This document shows, one piece after another, positions 59,908-64,000 of a stretch of 64,000 bases of DNA (position 1 is its first letter; each line of letters opens with the position of its first letter). The position numbers and the translations under genes are program-made. This DNA is from Patescibacteria group bacterium (lineage in GTDB: Bacteria > Patescibacteriota > Patescibacteriia > UM-FILTER-42-10), in NCBI GenBank assembly GCA_041666485.1, contig JBAYGW010000001.1, positions 15,299 through 79,298 on the forward strand, written 5' to 3'. The notes under the pieces are model-generated. The model ran no database searches. It was not told the origin of the DNA and worked only from the letters and a program-made list of their open reading frames with translations.

Positions 59908-61335
59908 CTAATCCTTTACAATCACCGTCGTTCCTACATCCGCCCAATTATACAACTTTTCAGCCGGACCAACGCCTAGTCGTACACAGCCATGTGAAAC
60001 TCTGACGCCGAGATGATTTTGTCCTTCTTTATAACCATTGGCCCACTCGGGTAATTCGTGCAGTCCATATCCACGTGAATCAAACTGCATCCAAAATGGC
60101 ATGTAAAGATTATAAGCACCTGAATATGCTTTTCTATTTTTATTCTGGATGTTAAACGTCCCAAGCGGTGTCGGCATTGACCACTTACCGGTTGAAACCT
60201 GAGCTGTATCAATCAAGTAACCGTTTTCATAATATTTCAGAATTTGATCAGAAATATCAACCTCAATATATTTTTTCAAGTCGGTTCGCCCTTCAGTAGA
60301 TCGTTTACTCGGTGCAACAATTATTTCGTCAATTGAATCATTATCAACATCGCCGGCAGCTAGCATTACACCGCCACGAAATTCTTCTTCAAACGCGAAA
60401 ATAGAATCCGGGTGAGCATAGCCATAAGCTTCAAAATAACGGACGTGTGGGCCACCGCCGGTATTGGCAGCGACAACAATCTCATCTAAACCATCCTGAT
60501 CAACATCCGCATTAGTAAGGTTGATACCTTTTTTGAATGTTTCCGGGAAAGCTCTGAACATACCAAGTACAGTTTTTTCCGGATTGGTTTTATAAACTTT
60601 CACCCAAGCTTCATCTGAAGACTGAACACCAAATATTAATTCTTCCTCCGCACCACCGTCCACATTTCCGCATGCAATACTAACCCCGCCATGATAGGTT
60701 GATGCAAATGGAAAATAATCTATTCCCATATAAGTTCCGTCTTTTTCAAAAACACGAACATGCGGTCCTCCACCAATTCCTGCACCCGTTACAATTTCCT
60801 TATCGCCGTCACCGTTTACGTCACACGTTGCAATATTAACCCCGCCCATAAAACTTTCCTGGTAGGCAAAAAATCCCAAGGTAAATTTTGGATTTCCTTT
60901 TCCATCAAAAACTCTTACATGAGGTGTCGCACCGAAACGCGTGCTCACAACAATTTCATCTTTCCCGTCACCGTCCAGATCACCTGATGCCACATTGACT
61001 CCTTTACTGTAATTTGTACCATAAGCAAAAAATCCAGAAATAAATATTCCTTCGGAATTAAATATTTTTATGTGTGGTCCGCCGCCGGGACCGGGAGCAA
61101 CTACAATTTCTTCTTTACCATCGCCGTTTACATCACCCGTAGCTACTGACGCTCCTCCTTTAAAACTTTCATCATAAGCGAGGAACGACTTTTCCTGAAC
61201 ATTTTTGTCCGATGAGAATATTCGGACGTCGGGTGCACGGTACTCCGTGGCAGATGCAATTTTCGGTAACAAAAAAACAGTACTAGCAAGCACTGCCAAC
61301 GTTAAAAATTTATTCTTTGGGTGTTGTATTTTCAT
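59908..61335 (-). CDS. Secreted FG-GAP/VCBS repeat protein with C-terminal L,D-transpeptidase (YkuD) domain, paralog
   Basis: Same repeats as the neighbour; VSTG...TPLG, YGLHELP, SHGCVRL. Confidence 0.9.
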   Translation of the reverse strand: MKIQHPKNKFLTLAVLASTVFLLPKIASATEYRAPDVRIFSSDKNVQEKSFLAYDESFKGGASVATGDVNGDGKEEIVVAPGPGGGPHIKIFNSEGIFISGFFAYGTNYSKGVNVASGDLDGDGKDEIVVSTRFGATPHVRVFDGKGNPKFTLGFFAYQESFMGGVNIATCDVNGDGDKEIVTGAGIGGGPHVRVFEKDGTYMGIDYFPFASTYHGGVSIACGNVDGGAEEELIFGVQSSDEAWVKVYKTNPEKTVLGMFRAFPETFKKGINLTNADVDQDGLDEIVVAANTGGGPHVRYFEAYGYAHPDSIFAFEEEFRGGVMLAAGDVDNDSIDEIIVAPSKRSTEGRTDLKKYIEVDISDQILKYYENGYLIDTAQVSTGKWSMPTPLGTFNIQNKNRKAYSGAYNLYMPFWMQFDSRGYGLHELPEWANGYKEGQNHLGVRVSHGCVRLGVGPAEKLYNWADVGTTVIVKD

Positions 61336-61488
61336 TTTGTTTTTGTTTTGGCTATTTCAATCTATAGAAATAGGCCAGAGATGGCCCAATATTTTTCGAT
61401 TATTATTTCGAAATTATTTATTATTTTTGAGGTCATCTCTAGCCTCTGTTTTTGTTTTTTTGTTTGTTTTATAAAGAACTATACTACT

Positions 61489-61517
61489 ATATTAGCACAT
61501 TTTTCACCTTCTGTCAA
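61489..61517 (-). promoter_or_regulatory. Sigma70 promoter for the FG-GAP/L,D-transpeptidase gene
   Basis: TTGACA-17 nt-TAATAT with extended TGn. Confidence 0.7.
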
Positions 61518-62257
61518 CGCTTCTTTCCAATATACACACCATTAAATCCATCATTTGATTTTACCCGTCTCCCCTTTTTCATATAATATTTTTCTAATGT
61601 TTCAATGTTATTATTTTTTGCCAATTTTTCTATCTCGCCTAATCTGAATGCATGGCAATAACGATTGACAATAACTTCACCCTCCGGATTTTTCCACGCT
61701 TTTTCCGTGTCAAAAAAATCTAAAGCAGATCTTCCAATAATTTTATTTATCACATTTTTTAAAATCAAATTCCTTCTGCTTTTTTCCCACATATTCCAAT
61801 ATGTCATTATAAATATTCCGCCCGGCTTCAGCACTCTTGCTATTTCCTTAACAGACTGATTACGTAATTCATGTGACGGAATATGATATAAGCTTGCAAC
61901 TGCAAACACTATATCAAATGACTGATCAGCGAATGGTAATTCTGTTGCTGATGCTTTGAGAAAGCTATAGCTTGAAATTGAACTGGTTATTTTTTCATCA
62001 GCAATTTTTTTAGCAATTTGAACCAGTTTTTCAGAAACATCAATCCCGACATATTTAATTCCATATTTCACAAGAAAATTAAGAAACCTGCCATTTCCAC
62101 AGCCCACATCTAATACTGAAATCCCTGTTTGCAGGTACTTATCAAAATCATAAAATTCACTCCAATCTTTGTATCTTGTTTGGGAAAAATGATCGGCTAT
62201 GTTATCATAATCGGACGCTACTTTTTCTATTATCAAATTTGCTGTATTCTTATTCAT
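61514..62257 (-). CDS. Class I SAM methyltransferase, Trm9/ALKBH8-like (putative tRNA cm5U34 methyltransferase)
   Basis: YDNIADHFSQTR..W, VLDVGCGNGR, VASLYHI, RVLKPGG..YW, RYCHAF...E; ATG at 62257. Confidence 0.8.
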   Translation of the reverse strand: MNKNTANLIIEKVASDYDNIADHFSQTRYKDWSEFYDFDKYLQTGISVLDVGCGNGRFLNFLVKYGIKYVGIDVSEKLVQIAKKIADEKITSSISSYSFLKASATELPFADQSFDIVFAVASLYHIPSHELRNQSVKEIARVLKPGGIFIMTYWNMWEKSRRNLILKNVINKIIGRSALDFFDTEKAWKNPEGEVIVNRYCHAFRLGEIEKLAKNNNIETLEKYYMKKGRRVKSNDGFNGVYIGKKR

Positions 62258-63916
62258 ATGAATCAAAATTTATTAACACAATTTATTACAGAGGCGCTTA
62301 AATCTGGCCTGGAAGATAAAAGCGATTTTTACCTGTTCAAAAGGCAGTTTTCAAAAACACACAAGATCCCCTTTTATACTAACAATGTCATTCTAGCGCA
62401 TTACCGCAAATTGGTTAATGATGGTGTTTTAATAGAGAACAATAAATTTGTTCGGCTATTGCGGATTCGGGACATCAGAACATTATCCGGAATAGCATCA
62501 ATTGGAGTACACACCAAGCCCCTTCCCTGCCCGGGCAAGTGCATTTACTGTCCTACCGAAAAAGGAATGCCAAAAAGCTATCTCTCTACCCAACCCGCGG
62601 TGATGCGTTCCATGGGTCAAAAGTTTGATCCGTACAAAATGGTGAAAGCAAGATTACGGGCATACTATGAAAATGGTCATCCGACGGATAAATGTGAATT
62701 GATTGTAATGGGTGGAACTTGGTCTTTTCACAATAAGCTATATCAGGTCTGGTATTTGAAAAGATGTATGGACGCCTTTAACGACGGAATTAAAAGTAGC
62801 AGAAGAAGCAGAATTGATCTTAAGGAAGTTAAGGAACCAAAAAATTATGCCGAAGCCAAGAAAATATATCGGGACTTACTTACTAAACTGAAACGCGCCC
62901 AGATTCAGAATGAAAAAGCTTACAATAGAGTTGTCGGCATCACACTTGAAACCAGGCCGGATTTTGTCAGTACAAAAGAAGTGCGTATAATGCGTGAGCT
63001 AGGCGCAACTAGAGTGGAGCTGGGTGTGCAAAGTATTCACGATCACATCCTGGATATTAACAAAAGAGGTCATAAGGTAAAAGCAACAGTCAGAGCCACT
63101 CAGCTATATAAAGATGCCGGTTTTAAAATTACCTACCATCTGATGCCGGGACTATATAAAGCCACATTAAAAAATGATTTAGAAATGTTCCATGAGATAT
63201 TTGAGAATCAGGATTTTCAGCCGGATCAGATAAAAATCTACCCGACAATCGTATCTGAATTTTCCGAGCTTTACGATTTATGGAAAACCGGCAAATATAA
63301 ACCATATTCCGACAAAAAGCTTAAACTACTACTTAAGGAGATTAAACTGCTTTGCCCGCCATATATCCGCATTGCAAGGCTATTTCGGGATATTCCAAAA
63401 CAAAGTATTGCCGGCGGAATGCAGATCACGAATATCCGCCAAATTATTCTCAATGAACTGAAGGAAGAGGGCAAATCGTGCCGGTGCATCAGATGTCGTG
63501 AAGCAGGTGGAATCACAGTTTCCCAAAAAGACGTCCGCCTAGTGAAACGGATGTATAAAGCCTCCGGCGGAACGGAAATATTTTTAAGCTATGAATCAAA
63601 GGATTATTCAACTATTTTTGCTTTTTGCCGGCTGAGATTCCCCAAAAATTGGAATAAAGATCATTATATTATTGCGCTGCAGAACTCCGCGTTGATCAGA
63701 GAGCTGCATACTTACGGGGAAATGATCCCGTTAGCAACCAAAAAAGGTAAAACACAGCATATCGGTTTCGGCAAACGACTGATGCAAGAAGCGGAAAAGC
63801 TTTCTATGAATAAAGGATATAAAAAAATAGCCGTTATCTCCGGCATCGGGGTACGGGGCTATTATCGGAAAATGGGTTATCAGCTAGAGGATGAATATAT
63901 GGTCAAAAGCATTTAA
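62258..63916 (+). CDS. elp3: Elp3 radical SAM/GNAT tRNA U34 carboxymethylase
   Basis: RTLSG, CPGKCIYCP, PKSY, GGT, ETRPD, VELGVQS, KIYPT, CRCIRCRE, RELHTYG, QHIGFG, ISGIGVRGYY; ATG at 62258. Confidence 0.96.
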   Translation: MNQNLLTQFITEALKSGLEDKSDFYLFKRQFSKTHKIPFYTNNVILAHYRKLVNDGVLIENNKFVRLLRIRDIRTLSGIASIGVHTKPLPCPGKCIYCPTEKGMPKSYLSTQPAVMRSMGQKFDPYKMVKARLRAYYENGHPTDKCELIVMGGTWSFHNKLYQVWYLKRCMDAFNDGIKSSRRSRIDLKEVKEPKNYAEAKKIYRDLLTKLKRAQIQNEKAYNRVVGITLETRPDFVSTKEVRIMRELGATRVELGVQSIHDHILDINKRGHKVKATVRATQLYKDAGFKITYHLMPGLYKATLKNDLEMFHEIFENQDFQPDQIKIYPTIVSEFSELYDLWKTGKYKPYSDKKLKLLLKEIKLLCPPYIRIARLFRDIPKQSIAGGMQITNIRQIILNELKEEGKSCRCIRCREAGGITVSQKDVRLVKRMYKASGGTEIFLSYESKDYSTIFAFCRLRFPKNWNKDHYIIALQNSALIRELHTYGEMIPLATKKGKTQHIGFGKRLMQEAEKLSMNKGYKKIAVISGIGVRGYYRKMGYQLEDEYMVKSI

Positions 63917-63926
63917 GAAAATACCC

Positions 63927-64000
63927 TCATCTAACTAACTTCGCAATTGCCAGCTTACCAAATTTCTGAATATTGGAATTTAAAGTACTGTATACAGTCT
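63927..64000 (-). CDS. Possible 3' end of a CDS entering from the right edge
   Basis: Open minus frame TVYSTLNSNIQKFGKLAIAKLVR* converging on elp3; too short to identify. Confidence 0.35.
   Translation of the reverse strand, partial: TVYSTLNSNIQKFGKLAIAKLVR

Noticed and set aside
58850-61200. Regularly spaced GC-rich repeats resembling a CRISPR or nucleotide repeat array
   Set aside because: They are degenerate, in-frame FG-GAP protein repeats, not identical DNA repeats with spacers.
62129-62257. 43-aa N-terminal extension of Elp3 in the ORF track
   Set aside because: It is antisense to the methyltransferase coding sequence and has no Elp3 character; ATG 62258 is more plausible.

Overview
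This 64-kb window is gene-dense bacterial chromosome in genetic code 11 (TGA is used as a stop). Almost all genes from 4.1 to 62.3 kb lie on the minus strand. The gene content points to a Patescibacteria/CPR (Parcubacteria-like) genome; this is inference from the short ProS and AlaS, two MreB paralogs, DUF4012, a VirD4-like ATPase with its partner, a sigma4/HARE-HTH protein, a GAGC lipobox and weak Shine-Dalgarno use. The window holds cell-wall and division genes (ftsQ, ddl, alr, mrdA, mreBCD, M23 peptidase, two FG-GAP/L,D-transpeptidases), translation genes (serS, lysS, proS, alaS, frr, and an infA-to-rpsI ribosomal/rpoA operon), two glycosyltransferase clusters, secDF and tRNA-modification genes (dus, mnmA, elp3). 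I saw no tRNA, rRNA, CRISPR array or IS element. The top finding is a Trm9/ALKBH8-like methyltransferase placed head-to-head with Elp3, their start codons abutting with no spacer, which suggests a eukaryote/archaea-type mcm5(s2)U34 wobble pathway in a bacterium. Other leads are an unannotated ~130-nt rod-shaped RNA with its own promoter and U-tail, a SecD with an inserted permuted parvulin domain, an RpoA lacking the alphaCTD, an output-less HAMP sensor with an EF-hand-like loop, a frameshifted flippase and several predicted leaderless mRNAs. All family assignments come from motif recognition by eye, not database searches.
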